Source: a virus
Lineage: Duplodnaviria; Caudoviricetes
IMG/VR virus record: IMGVR_UViG_3300021440_001469
Location: 1-52,888 of that record
Length of the DNA stretch: 52,888 nt
Reading direction: 5' to 3' (one strand)
This document shows positions 1 through 9,266 of the stretch, piece by piece; within the stretch, counting starts at the first letter, position 1, and every line of letters starts with the position of its first letter. The position numbers were made by a program, and so were the translations under genes. Under the pieces are notes generated by a model that was not told where the DNA came from, did no database searches, and worked only from the letters and a program-made list of their open reading frames with translations.

Positions 1-1272
1 GTGGGCAAGCTCACGGATATAGAGCTGAGAAAGTGGATCAAGGCGGGGGCGCCGGTCGTCAAGTCGGACGGGGGCGGGCTCTGCTTCACCATGTCCGCCA
101 ACCAGGCCCACGAGCGGGTCGGGTCGTGGATCGTTCGTTACCGCTTCGACGGCAAAGGGCGAGAACTCACCCTGGGGCGCTACCCTGAAATCTCCCTGGC
201 AGTTGCCCGCGGCCTGGCTATGGAAGCCCGCGCCAAGATCCAGCAAGGCACCGACGTAGCACGGGAGAAGCAGCAAACCCGAATCAAGCGAGCGGCTGCC
301 AAGTCGTTCAGGGAGCTGGCCGCCGACTACATGGACAAGACGTTTCCGCGCCTGTCCGAAAGCACCGCCAAGCAGCGGCGCCGCTACATTGAAGGGCCGA
401 TTGCCGCCCGCCTGGGGGCGATACCGGCCCGCGAGGTCACAACCGCCGACGTGGTGGCCTTGCTCGAAAGCGTCGGCGTCCGCTCTGCCAACGTGGCGGA
501 GATGGTGTTCACCGCCCTCTCGGAGATCTTCAAGCACGGGCTCGCCCGCCACGTCGTCACGGCCAACCCTTGCACCGGCATTTCGGTGTCGGCGATCTGC
601 GGCAAGCCAGAACCCCGCCGGCAACGCCTCAAGCTCACCGAGGCCGAATTACGGGCATTGCTGCCCGCCCTGCCATCCATCGGAACAGAGAACACCCTGT
701 CCGTGAAGCTGTTGTTGGTGACCTGTACGCGCATCGGCGAACTGACCCGCGCCGAATGGAAGGACGTGACCCTTGAGCGGGCGGAGTGGTTCGTTCCTGA
801 CGAGAACAGCAAGACCGGCAAGGGCTTCACCATCCCGCTGCCGCCCTGTGCGGTGGAATGGATGCGGAGCCTTCATGTCCTGGCCTGTGGTTCCCGCTAC
901 GTGCTCCCGGCCCGCAACAAGCACCACAAGCACGGCGGCGCCGACCGCCATTTCGAACAGCGAAGCCTGAACAACATCCTGCACAAGCTCTGCGACGAGC
1001 TGGGCGACAAGGTGCGCCGCTTCACCCCCCACGACCTGCGCAGCACTGCCCGTAGCCACCTGGCGGCCCTGGGGGTGCCCGTGCTCATTGCCGAGCGTTG
1101 CCTGAATCACGCGCTGGGCGGGCTAGTGGCGGTCTATGACCAACACGATTACATGACCGAGCGCCGCGCCGCCCTGGAGCTGTGGGCGTCGTTCCTGCTG
1201 GCCTGCGAAGAGGGCCGGGAGTGGGTGGCGCCTGGCGGCAAGGTCGTGCCGATCCGTGGGCGTGCAGCATGA
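1..1272 (+). CDS. int: P4-like tyrosine integrase with N-terminal arm-binding domain
   Basis: DGGGL...YRFDGK..LTLGRYPEISLA arm domain; catalytic motifs TRIGE, SKTG, HDLRS, LNH, VYD. Confidence 0.95.
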   Translation: MGKLTDIELRKWIKAGAPVVKSDGGGLCFTMSANQAHERVGSWIVRYRFDGKGRELTLGRYPEISLAVARGLAMEARAKIQQGTDVAREKQQTRIKRAAAKSFRELAADYMDKTFPRLSESTAKQRRRYIEGPIAARLGAIPAREVTTADVVALLESVGVRSANVAEMVFTALSEIFKHGLARHVVTANPCTGISVSAICGKPEPRRQRLKLTEAELRALLPALPSIGTENTLSVKLLLVTCTRIGELTRAEWKDVTLERAEWFVPDENSKTGKGFTIPLPPCAVEWMRSLHVLACGSRYVLPARNKHHKHGGADRHFEQRSLNNILHKLCDELGDKVRRFTPHDLRSTARSHLAALGVPVLIAERCLNHALGGLVAVYDQHDYMTERRAALELWASFLLACEEGREWVAPGGKVVPIRGRAA

Positions 1273-1295
1273 ACTGAAGATCAACCGAGCAGCAC

Positions 1296-1351
1296 GCCGC
1301 GCCTAGGTCGGCCAGCCGAAAACGGGGAAACCATCGCCCCGCTGGCGCGGC
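1296..1351 (+). ncRNA. Structured RNA downstream of integrase, resembling the int-alpA motif
   Basis: Outer stem GCCGCGCC/GGCGCGGC enclosing hairpins TCGG-CCAG-CCGA and CGGGG-N9-CCCCG; lies between int and the alpA region. Confidence 0.5.
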
Positions 1352-1383
1352 ACCTTATTCGATGGGTGCCGATGGAGCACCAC

Positions 1384-2121
1384 ATGAAAAACAGACTCTC
1401 TTGGGCGCGTGCAATTAATGTGCGTGGCGTCTGCCTGACGGCCGACGAGCGCGCCGCCGGCTGGCCCGATGCATTCACCCTTGAAAATCTGATCTGCTTG
1501 CAGTACCCATTGGAAGGCAGCACAGAGGAAAAGAAGCGGGCCGGCAGCAATCAGAGGGCACTACTCCGCGTGATGCAGGGAGACATTAAGGCCGGCGCGC
1601 TGCCAGCCGTGGAGCGCACCCGAACTGAAACGGTGTACGAGGAAGTCCCCGACGTATGGGCTAGCCTCGCCGCGGGCAGCGCGTCGCTGGGCTCTCATGA
1701 CTGGCGCGCGCGCGACACCAAGCCCCGCATGAAGAGAGTCAAGACAGGGGAGCGCACCGTCACCTATCCCGTGATCGAAGCCCGCGCCTTCCGCGCATGG
1801 CTGCTGAACTGTGAGGAAGCACCAAGCGCCCACGTCGACGCATGGTTTGAGGCCGTTGCCGTGGATGTTGAAAACGAAGATGACGGCCCGCCACAACTTA
1901 CCGAGATGAGACGCGCTGCCATAGTCAGTCAGTTGTCTAGACATTATCCGAGCCTGGAACACGACTTTAACCGCGGTGAAAGCTGGATCAAAGAATGCAG
2001 CACGGGTAGCCGCGGAGTCTATTACCTCGAAAAAATCAAAGAAGGATGCCGCAAGAAATGGGGCGAGGCGGCCGTGTACTCTCCGCCCCTGGCAACCATC
2101 CGAACCCATAAGATGAGGTGA
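1384..2121 (+). CDS. Hypothetical satellite protein (possible regulator)
   Basis: Open frame with GGAG RBS before ATG 1384; occupies the usual slot after the integrase. Confidence 0.7.
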   Translation: MKNRLSWARAINVRGVCLTADERAAGWPDAFTLENLICLQYPLEGSTEEKKRAGSNQRALLRVMQGDIKAGALPAVERTRTETVYEEVPDVWASLAAGSASLGSHDWRARDTKPRMKRVKTGERTVTYPVIEARAFRAWLLNCEEAPSAHVDAWFEAVAVDVENEDDGPPQLTEMRRAAIVSQLSRHYPSLEHDFNRGESWIKECSTGSRGVYYLEKIKEGCRKKWGEAAVYSPPLATIRTHKMR

Positions 2122-2289
2122 AAGGCCCGATTTTTCCCGTTGATACCTCGGATTCACCTCAGATTCACCTCAGATTTTCTTTGCTTTCCTCGTTTTGTTG
2201 AACTGCATCCCAAGCCGCCGCGGCGGATTGATAGGAGTTCAACGAAATGGGTATTACCACTGAACAACTTGCGGAGCTGCTTCACCTCA
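2114..2289. promoter_or_regulatory. TTCACCTCA repeat cluster (candidate operator sites)
   Basis: Copies at 2153-2161, 2164-2172, 2281-2289 and inverted at 2114-2122. Confidence 0.45.
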
Positions 2290-2441
2290 AGCCGCAAAGC
2301 CTGCGGGCTGCGCTTTCGCGTGATGGGCATTACTTCGGATTGCGGCCGCGGAAGCTGCCGAATGGGCGGCTGGTCTGGCCTCACGATGCGCTCCAGCGGC
2401 TAACCACGCCTCAGCCCGCAGCAAAAGGGGCGGGACAATGA
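2247..2441 (+). CDS. Small excisionase-like winged-HTH DNA-binding protein
   Basis: TTEQLAELLHLKPQSLR...P.KLPNGRLVWP; AGGAG RBS. Confidence 0.7.
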   Translation: MGITTEQLAELLHLKPQSLRAALSRDGHYFGLRPRKLPNGRLVWPHDALQRLTTPQPAAKGAGQ

Positions 2442-2722
2442 AACTACGCCCCCGCGCCGCTCAGTCGGCACCGCCGGCTTTCCGCCTCACCGATGCCGCC
2501 GCCGCATCGATTCCCGACGCGCTCCGTAACTTCGACGCCCTGCCCGATGCGGCAAACGTGCGCCTTCCCGTGGTGGTGGCCCTCTTCGCTTGCTCGCCCG
2601 CCACCGTTTGGCGCCGCGTCAAGAAGTCCGCCTTGCCCGCTCCGCGCAAGCTGTCCCAAGCCGTTACGGCTTGGAATGTTGGCGAGCTGCGCAAGGCGCT
2701 TCGCGGGGAGGCCTGGCAATGA
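2438..2722 (+). CDS. alpA: AlpA-family regulator
   Basis: VRLPVVVALFACSPATVWRRVK...PAPRKL...TAWNVGELR. Confidence 0.9.
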   Translation: MKLRPRAAQSAPPAFRLTDAAAASIPDALRNFDALPDAANVRLPVVVALFACSPATVWRRVKKSALPAPRKLSQAVTAWNVGELRKALRGEAWQ

Positions 2723-3069
2723 CTTATGCCGTTATGGATGGCCGGCTTCATAAAATCGGTGTTGAATTTGATGATCGGCACGTCGGCTGGTGGTTCCGAA
2801 TGGAATCACTCGGAATTGAGTTCATGGCGTGGCCCACAAGTGGCGGGGTCGACCCCGACGACGGCAGCGGCCCTCACTTTCTCTGTGCGGAAGTGAGTTG
2901 CTCCGCATCGGCTTGGCCTGAGCAGTACATCACGATGAGGCTAGGCGACTCCGGCACGGTGACTGAAGACCTGTTTGCCTCCATGACTTTGAAGGCACTG
3001 CGCGCCGCATATCCTGACGTTTTCGCCGGGTTTGTCGGCACTGTGGAAAAACCAGCGGGGGCGGCATGA
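2719..3069 (+). CDS. Hypothetical cargo protein A
   Basis: ATGA overlap with alpA stop; MTYAVMDGRLHKIG... Confidence 0.65.
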   Translation: MTYAVMDGRLHKIGVEFDDRHVGWWFRMESLGIEFMAWPTSGGVDPDDGSGPHFLCAEVSCSASAWPEQYITMRLGDSGTVTEDLFASMTLKALRAAYPDVFAGFVGTVEKPAGAA

Positions 3070-3257
3070 TCGATACCGACTCCATCATCGACCAATTCCG
3101 CAGCGCCGACGCGGCCCTCTTCGCTTGCTTGCTCGCCACCGTCTGGCACCGGGTAAAACAGTGCGCCCTGACCGCTCCGCGCAAGCTGGCCGAAGCCGTT
3201 ACGGCCCGGAATGTTGGCGAACTGTGCAAGGCGCTTCGCGGGGAGGCCTGGCAATGA
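3066..3257 (+). pseudogene. Chimera of primase N-terminus and AlpA C-terminus (duplication junction)
   Basis: MIDTDSIIDQFR matches primase start MIDTASILDQFR; 3113-3258 is a diverged copy of 2578-2723. Confidence 0.8.
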
Positions 3258-3547
3258 CCCGCACCCCTGACGACATCACCAAAACGCTACGCCGTGTGCT
3301 GAAGCGGGCCCGCGCTGCCCAAACAGCAGCGGACGTTCGCGTCACGCCTGCCGAACGCCTCGCCCTCCTCGAAAATCTGCTGCCGGCCGCCATCGCTCAC
3401 GCTCGCGCTAACGAGCGCCGGCGGGCGCACTATGCTGTGCTGTGCGGCTGCCGGGTTTTCGTGAGAACGACCGTATACGGTGCCGTCATCGTGTCGCCTG
3501 ACAAAGACGCGGCTCCGGTGGCCATGTCCAACGCAATGCGCGTGTGA
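3254..3547 (+). CDS. Hypothetical cargo protein B
   Basis: ATGA overlap with upstream stop; MTRTPDDITK... Confidence 0.6.
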   Translation: MTRTPDDITKTLRRVLKRARAAQTAADVRVTPAERLALLENLLPAAIAHARANERRRAHYAVLCGCRVFVRTTVYGAVIVSPDKDAAPVAMSNAMRV

Positions 3548-3554
3548 GGGCGGC

Positions 3555-6521
3555 ATGATCGATACCGCTTCCATACTCGACCAATTCCGCACCGCTGCTG
3601 CGGCCCGCGGGCTGCTGCTGCCCGATCACCTCGACGCTGACGGCAAGCTGCACCGCTGCGAGCTGGCCAGCGGCGCCAAGGGCAAGAAGGACGGCGCCTA
3701 TCTGCTGCACCTCGACGGCGTGCCGGCCGGGGGCTTCCAGAACTTCAAGGATGGGCTCGAGTGGGAGAACTGGAAGGCCGACATCGGCCGCCAGCTTACC
3801 CCCGAGGAAGAAGCCGCCCACCGGGCCCGCGTGGAAGCCCAACGCGCCGAACGCGAGGCCGAAGCCAAGGCCAAACGGGAGAAGGCCCGCCGCAAGGCTA
3901 ACGCGATCTGGAACGGTGCCAAGCCGGCGCCGGACGATCACCCTTACCTGCTCCGCAAGGGCGTTCCGTCCTTCGGCCTGCGGGTGGCCGCCTGGCCGAA
4001 GTGGCAGGAGCTGCGCCCCGGTGAATGGCGGGAAGAGCGCATTCCGGGCGCCTTGCTGGTGCCGATGCGCAGCCCTTCGGGCACGCTGCACAGCCTGCAA
4101 GCGATCTACGCCGACAAGGTGGACGGGCGGGACAAGGATTTTCTTCCGGGCGGCGAGAAGGCCGGCAAGTTCCATCTGATCGGCGAGATTACCGAAGGCG
4201 CGCCCCTGTGCGTGGCCGAAGGCTACGCCACGGCCGCCAGCATTCACCAGGCGACCGGCTGGCCGGTGGCGGTGGCCTTCGATGCCGGCAGCCTCGAGCC
4301 CGTTGCCCGCGCCTTGCGCGAGGTGCACCCCGCGGTGCGCTTTGTGATCTGCGCCGATGACGATCACCAGACCGCCGGCAACCCTGGCCGCAGCAAGGCC
4401 GAAGCCGCGGCCCGTGCGGTGGGCGCAGCGGTGGCGGTGCCGGTCTTCGGCCCGGATCGCCCCGCGAACGCCACCGACTTCAACGACCTGGCCAGCCTCG
4501 CCGGCCTCGATGCGGTGCGCGGTATCGTGCAGGCTGCGGCCGCGATAGCCGCCCCGCAGGGCGATGAAACGCCCATCGATGCACCTTCCCCCATGCTCGA
4601 AGCTGAAACGCCCGCCAGCGGGCCGGAAACGGCCCCCGCTGCGCCTCCTGCTCCATCCGCTGACGAACCCGACAAGCCCGCCAAGCGCACCCGCTCGAAA
4701 GCGAGGGGCAAGGCCAATGCCGGGCAGGCACCGGCACCGGGCGGCGAGTTGTTCGAGCTGCGCGACGGCAACGACGGCCGGGGCGTCTATCGCCTGAAGG
4801 TCGAGAAGCGCGGCGATGGCTGGGAACAGATCGAACAGTTCGTGTGCGCCCCCCTCGAGATCACGCACCAGTGCCGGGACGCCCGCGGCGAGGGCTGGCA
4901 GCGCCTGGCCACCTTTCAGGATCATGACGGCCGCCGCCGCCGGGTGCTGGTGCCTGACGACATGCTCGAAGGCGACGGCGCCGCGCTGGCCCGGCTGCTG
5001 CGCACGCATGGCCTGTTCATCGGCGACAACAAGGGCGGGCTGCTCAAGATGTACGTGAACCGCTCCCGTCCGCCAGCCCGTGCCCGCCTGACCGCCCGCA
5101 TCGGTTGGCATGAAGGCGTCGACGAGCCCGGCCGCTGGTCCTACATCCTGGGGGGCGATGCCGATCCGCTCGCCCCAGACGGGGCGGAACTGTGGCTGCA
5201 CCAGGCCAACGGCAGCGGACATGCCCAGTTCAAGCAGGCCGGCAGCCTCGAAGACTGGCGGGCCAACGTGGCCGCCCTGGCGGTGGGCAACAGCCGGTTG
5301 ATCTTCGCGTTGTCGGCCGCGTTTGCCGGTGGCCTGTGCTGGCTGCATCCGAACGTATCAGGCGGCTTCCATTGGGCCGGCGGTTCGAGCCTGGGGAAGT
5401 CGGCCCTGCTCTACGCTGCGGCGAGCCTGTGCGGCCCGGCGACCTACCGCCGGACATGGCTGCTCACGGCAACGGCAATCGAAGGCGTTGCCGCCGGGCA
5501 CTGTGACGCGCCACTCTTGCTCGATGAACTCAAGCAGGCCGGCAACCCGCGGGACGTGGCCCAAGCGGCCTACATGCTCACCAGCGGGCAGGGCAAGGGA
5601 CGCGGGCAGGCGGCCGGCGGACTGCGGGAAACCGCGGCCTTCTCGCTGCTGTTCCAGTCGAACGGGGAAATCGGCTTGACTCAGTTCCTCGAAGAGAACC
5701 AGGAACGCGCCTATGCAGGGCAAGAGGTGCGCTTCTGCGAGCTGCCCGCCGATGCCGGCGCCGGCTTCGGCTGCTGGGACGTGCTGCACGGCCTGCCCGA
5801 TGGCGCCCGCTTCTCCGAAACCCTGCAACGCAACGCCGCCAAGCACTACGGCACGGCCTGGCCCGAGTTCATCCGCCGTGTGATCGGGGAGCGGGACACG
5901 ATGCCCGCTCAGTTCGAAGAACTGCGACAAGCCTTCAACGACCGCGCCCTCAGCGACAAGGCCGGCGGACAGGCGATCCGGGCGGCGACCCGCTTCGCTG
6001 CGGTGGCCTACGCGGGCGAGAAGGCCACCGAATGGGGGCTGACCGACTGGCCGCAAGGCGAGGCGATCAAGGCGGCTTTCCGCATGTTCAAGGACTGGCT
6101 GCACGCCTTTGGCGGTGAAGAGAACCGCGAGCCACGCAAGATGGTGGAACAGGTGCAGGCGTGGATTCAAGCCCATGCCGGCGCCCGCCTGGAAGACTGG
6201 CGCCGCCCCAGCATCAGCGACACGCACGCCCCGCGGACGATGAACCGGGCCGGCTGGAAGCGCCCGACCAAGGAAACCGCCAGCCTCAACGAACCCGATC
6301 ACGTCTTTGAATATCTGATCTATCCGGCGGTGTTCAAGGGCGAATTGTGCAACGGGTTTGACCCGGCACAGGTGGCCAAGGTGCTGCTTGCTGAGGGGCT
6401 GCTTGAGCATGGCGACGGCCGGAACATCCCGATCAAGGCGAGAGAGCCCGGAGTGGACGGCACGAGCCGCTTGTATTGCATAAAACCGGCGGTGTTTGGG
6501 TGGGGTGAAGACCATGATTGA
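3555..6521 (+). CDS. Primase-helicase (Toprim + DUF927/SF3-like helicase)
   Basis: Toprim VAEGYATA, ICADDD, DFND; Pro/Ala linker; Walker A GGSSLGKS and Walker B LLLDE. Confidence 0.9.
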   Translation: MIDTASILDQFRTAAAARGLLLPDHLDADGKLHRCELASGAKGKKDGAYLLHLDGVPAGGFQNFKDGLEWENWKADIGRQLTPEEEAAHRARVEAQRAEREAEAKAKREKARRKANAIWNGAKPAPDDHPYLLRKGVPSFGLRVAAWPKWQELRPGEWREERIPGALLVPMRSPSGTLHSLQAIYADKVDGRDKDFLPGGEKAGKFHLIGEITEGAPLCVAEGYATAASIHQATGWPVAVAFDAGSLEPVARALREVHPAVRFVICADDDHQTAGNPGRSKAEAAARAVGAAVAVPVFGPDRPANATDFNDLASLAGLDAVRGIVQAAAAIAAPQGDETPIDAPSPMLEAETPASGPETAPAAPPAPSADEPDKPAKRTRSKARGKANAGQAPAPGGELFELRDGNDGRGVYRLKVEKRGDGWEQIEQFVCAPLEITHQCRDARGEGWQRLATFQDHDGRRRRVLVPDDMLEGDGAALARLLRTHGLFIGDNKGGLLKMYVNRSRPPARARLTARIGWHEGVDEPGRWSYILGGDADPLAPDGAELWLHQANGSGHAQFKQAGSLEDWRANVAALAVGNSRLIFALSAAFAGGLCWLHPNVSGGFHWAGGSSLGKSALLYAAASLCGPATYRRTWLLTATAIEGVAAGHCDAPLLLDELKQAGNPRDVAQAAYMLTSGQGKGRGQAAGGLRETAAFSLLFQSNGEIGLTQFLEENQERAYAGQEVRFCELPADAGAGFGCWDVLHGLPDGARFSETLQRNAAKHYGTAWPEFIRRVIGERDTMPAQFEELRQAFNDRALSDKAGGQAIRAATRFAAVAYAGEKATEWGLTDWPQGEAIKAAFRMFKDWLHAFGGEENREPRKMVEQVQAWIQAHAGARLEDWRRPSISDTHAPRTMNRAGWKRPTKETASLNEPDHVFEYLIYPAVFKGELCNGFDPAQVAKVLLAEGLLEHGDGRNIPIKAREPGVDGTSRLYCIKPAVFGWGEDHD

Positions 6522-7023
6522 CTGGTCCGCACTGGTGGCAGATTCGGCCCCGAATCTGCCTAATAATGAGGCAAAAGAGCCGTGTTCCGATCCGACATGT
6601 AGGAACAAACCCGCTTTTTCCGAAATCGTCGGAACGTCCGAAACCCGCGCCCCGTCTGGGTTTGCGCGGTTTTGTTCCGATGTTCCGAGTGTTCCACACG
6701 ATTTTGAAAGGCCAAGGGTAAGCGAACACGAAAAACACAATCAAACGTCATTTATAGAGCCGGCGGGGGGTGGGGTTAAAGGGCAATCTGCGCCGCATAA
6801 AAAAGCCGTCGATTCGTCATGCCGAACGTGTGCGAGCCTGCGCCGGCCGGGCCTGTCGGATGGCTACTGCGGGGGGCGTGACGATCTGCCGCCGGCCTAC
6901 GGACCAGGGCACCCGCTGCGCCAGTTGCCCGCTGATGTGGGAGAGACCTGCCCGGCCTGGCGGCGGCATGCTGCCTTCGAAGGGGCGGGCCCCCCGCGGG
7001 TCCTCCTCAGCCCAACCCATTGA
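6514..7023 (+). CDS. Hypothetical protein overlapping the iteron region, Cys-rich C-terminus
   Basis: Overlaps primase stop; CRTC...YC...HPL...TC; may be partly non-coding origin. Confidence 0.45.
   Translation: MIDWSALVADSAPNLPNNEAKEPCSDPTCRNKPAFSEIVGTSETRAPSGFARFCSDVPSVPHDFERPRVSEHEKHNQTSFIEPAGGGVKGQSAPHKKAVDSSCRTCASLRRPGLSDGYCGGRDDLPPAYGPGHPLRQLPADVGETCPAWRRHAAFEGAGPPRVLLSPTH
6583..6695 (-). repeat. GGAACA iteron cluster 1 (putative origin)
   Basis: Multiple TGTTCC(GA)/GGAACA copies right after the primase gene. Confidence 0.7.
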
Positions 7024-7038
7024 GGGTAATTCGCACCC
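6998..7038 (+). other. Putative cos packaging site
   Basis: GGGTCCT (identical to lambda cosQ) at 6998-7004, then dyad GGGT-AATTCGC-ACCC, upstream of a Nu1-like gene. Confidence 0.5.
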
Positions 7039-7087
7039 GTTTGGGTGGGTAAGTAGCGCATCACCGAATTACTGAACAGGTGGCACC

Positions 7088-7669
7088 ATGGATGACAAAC
7101 TGACACCGAGCCCGACCACGCCAGCACCGAGCCCCGCGCCCTTGCGCCCGTCAACTTCGGCGCCGCTCCCCTTCGATCCGGCGGACCTGGCCCGCAGCAT
7201 CCGGGTGAATCAGGCGACCTTTGCCAAGATGGCCGGAGTAAGCCGTCAGACCGTATCGGTTTGGGTCCGCAGTGGAAAAATCAAATCGACATTCCCTGAC
7301 GGCTCCCTCGATCCGCAGCAAGCCGCCCGCGAAATCATTCAGAACACCGACCCGGCCCGGCTGCGTGCCCGTGTGTTCAAGATCGCCTCAGAAGATGCCC
7401 AAGCCTTGCGCCGTCGATTGTCGGCCGCCTCCAGCGAGGCCAGCACCTGGCGCGACAAGTACGAAGCCCTTGCGAGCTTCCATGCTGGATTCGTGGCGGC
7501 GCTGCTGGAAAGCGGGGTCGATGCGCTCAAGATCGAGTACGCCGAATGGCTGGCCGGAGGCGGGCAGGATGCGCCGGACGTTGAAGCCACCAGCCCGGAC
7601 GAAGAGCCCGAGCCGCCGGCCCTTCCCTTGTTTGCCGCGGGACTTGAGGCGGAAGCGAAAGCCCTATGA
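7088..7669 (+). CDS. Nu1/Rpp-like winged-HTH protein (small-terminase-like)
   Basis: VNQATFAKMAGVSRQTVSVWVRSGKI resembles the lambda Nu1 N-terminus; followed by a helical coiled-coil. Confidence 0.6.
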   Translation: MDDKLTPSPTTPAPSPAPLRPSTSAPLPFDPADLARSIRVNQATFAKMAGVSRQTVSVWVRSGKIKSTFPDGSLDPQQAAREIIQNTDPARLRARVFKIASEDAQALRRRLSAASSEASTWRDKYEALASFHAGFVAALLESGVDALKIEYAEWLAGGGQDAPDVEATSPDEEPEPPALPLFAAGLEAEAKAL

Positions 7670-7689
7670 CCCGGCAGAGCAAAAGCCAA

Positions 7690-7810
7690 TCGGAACACTC
7701 GGAACACTCGGAACACTCGGAACAGAAACCGGAAACCCAAGCGGGGCGCGGCTTTCCAACGGTCTATGTTGTTCCTACATTCAGTTCACTAAGTAGGAAC
7801 AATCGGAACA
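7690..7810 (+). repeat. GGAACA iteron cluster 2 (inverted counterpart of cluster 1)
   Basis: (TCGGAACAC)x3 plus TCGGAACA, then further GGAACA copies. Confidence 0.75.
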
Positions 7811-8175
7811 CTTCCCACCCTTCGGCCCCTGCCCTGCGCAGTCTGGCGCCCATCCCACGCCCCCCCGGTTTTTTGCGGATCGTTCAGGCGTCTGCACACT
7901 GCCCTTGATGCCGGCCCGGGGTGGCTGGCCGATCCCCCCGGCTGTGCTCACCTGCCCGTCACCTGCCGGCCTACGCCCGCACCCTGACACCATTCGCCCT
8001 TAACAATGTCAGCCCATCCGCGGTAGTAAACACCCATGATTTCCCCGGCACCGAGCCCACCGCCCACCGGCCGCCGATATAGGCTCTTCATGATTCAGGG
8101 GTTTCCGAAAAACCCTGAATTGCTTCATTTACGATTTGACAGCGTTTCACCCAACATCAACCCGGAGCATTCAAC

Positions 8176-8499
8176 ATGTCTTTCATTTTCCGCAAGTCCG
8201 CCCCCGCCTCAATTCCCGTGACCGTCCGTCTTCAAACTCTGGATCAGGATATCAACCTTGAATGCCGCCCCATGGGTGTTCATACCCTTGGCGAATGGGC
8301 AGAACGTGCATTGGCAAAATCCGACGTATCCGGGATTTCGGAGATTGTTGTCGGCTGGGATGCGGAGGACCAGAACGGCCGGCCGGTGCCGCTTACGCCG
8401 GCAACCGTGGCCGAACTGCTCGATAGCGCGCCGAATGTGGCCACCGATATCGTTCACGCCTATCTCGAAGCCAACAGGCAGGCGCGCCTGGGAAACTGA
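8176..8499 (+). CDS. Tail assembly chaperone (lambda gpG analogue)
   Basis: IVVGWD...PLTP..VAELLD..P...AY......RLGN; GGAG RBS; ends at a slippery site upstream of a TMP. Confidence 0.85.
   Translation: MSFIFRKSAPASIPVTVRLQTLDQDINLECRPMGVHTLGEWAERALAKSDVSGISEIVVGWDAEDQNGRPVPLTPATVAELLDSAPNVATDIVHAYLEANRQARLGN
8490..8496 (+). other. Programmed -1 frameshift site G GGA AAC
   Basis: X XXY YYZ heptamer just before TGA; the -1 frame reads CTG ATG GAG into the next ORF. Confidence 0.8.
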
Positions 8500-8813
8500 T
8501 GGAGGCTGCCGCCGCCTTGTGCAGTGCGCAGCCTGGGGACGATCAGTTGGCCATGTTTGGCTTGAAGAGGTCCGACTTCGATCAGACCTTGCATATCTGG
8601 CCGGACAATTGGAATGTCGTACGGCTTTTTGAAACGCTTCAAACGCAGTGGAAGATTGTTCCGGGTGGTGACAGATTTGTGTTTACCGGCATTGACTACG
8701 CGACAGCCGTGCTTATGGCAAAAACCCTCGGCATGGAGTTTACCCCTGACTTCTTCGCGGACTTTCGGGTTCTGGAAGATGAAGGACTCCGCCATCTGAA
8801 CGAAAGAAAATGA
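8499..8813 (+). CDS. DUF1799-like gpT portion of the G-T fusion chaperone
   Basis: IWPDNWNVVRLFETLQTQW...TGIDY...FRVLE motif. Confidence 0.85.
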   Translation: MEAAAALCSAQPGDDQLAMFGLKRSDFDQTLHIWPDNWNVVRLFETLQTQWKIVPGGDRFVFTGIDYATAVLMAKTLGMEFTPDFFADFRVLEDEGLRHLNERK

Positions 8814-9266
8814 TGAATGCTCAAAAAATCCTGCTCGAAATAGCAGCCGAGAATAAATCCGCACCCGGATGGGCCTCCGATCAGCTTGCCGCGCTTGGCT
8901 TGGAGGGGTCCGGCTTCAATCAGCTTGCCGCGTTTGGCTTGGAGGGGTCCGGCTTCAATCAGCTTGCCGCGTTTGGCTTGGAGGGGTCCGGCTTCAATCA
9001 GCTTGCCGCGCTTGGCTTGGAGAGGTCCGGCTTCAATCAGATGTTGCATATCTGGCCGGAAAATTGGAACGTCGTACGGCTTTTTGAAACCCTTCAATCG
9101 CAGTGGAAGATTGGTCCGGACTGTGACAGATTTGTGTTCACCTGCATCGACTACGCGCCAGCCGTGCTTATGGCAAGACCCTCGGCATGAAGAGTACCCC
9201 TGACTTCTTCGCGGACTTTCGGGTTCTGGAAGATGAAGGACTCCGCCATCTGAACGAAAGAAAATA
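8810..9266 (+). pseudogene. Degenerate duplicate: TMP start fused to repeats and a frameshifted gpT copy
   Basis: 8997-9332 duplicates 8541-8879; a 1-bp loss near 9176 gives an early stop at 9190. Confidence 0.8.
8880..9035 (+). repeat. 4 x 39-bp tandem repeat
   Basis: ATCAGCTTGCCGCGYTTGGCTTGGAGRGGTCCGGCTTCA units, no spacers. Confidence 0.95.

Noticed and set aside
8880-9035. CRISPR array
   Set aside because: The 39-bp units are contiguous with no unique spacers, in frame, and no cas genes are present
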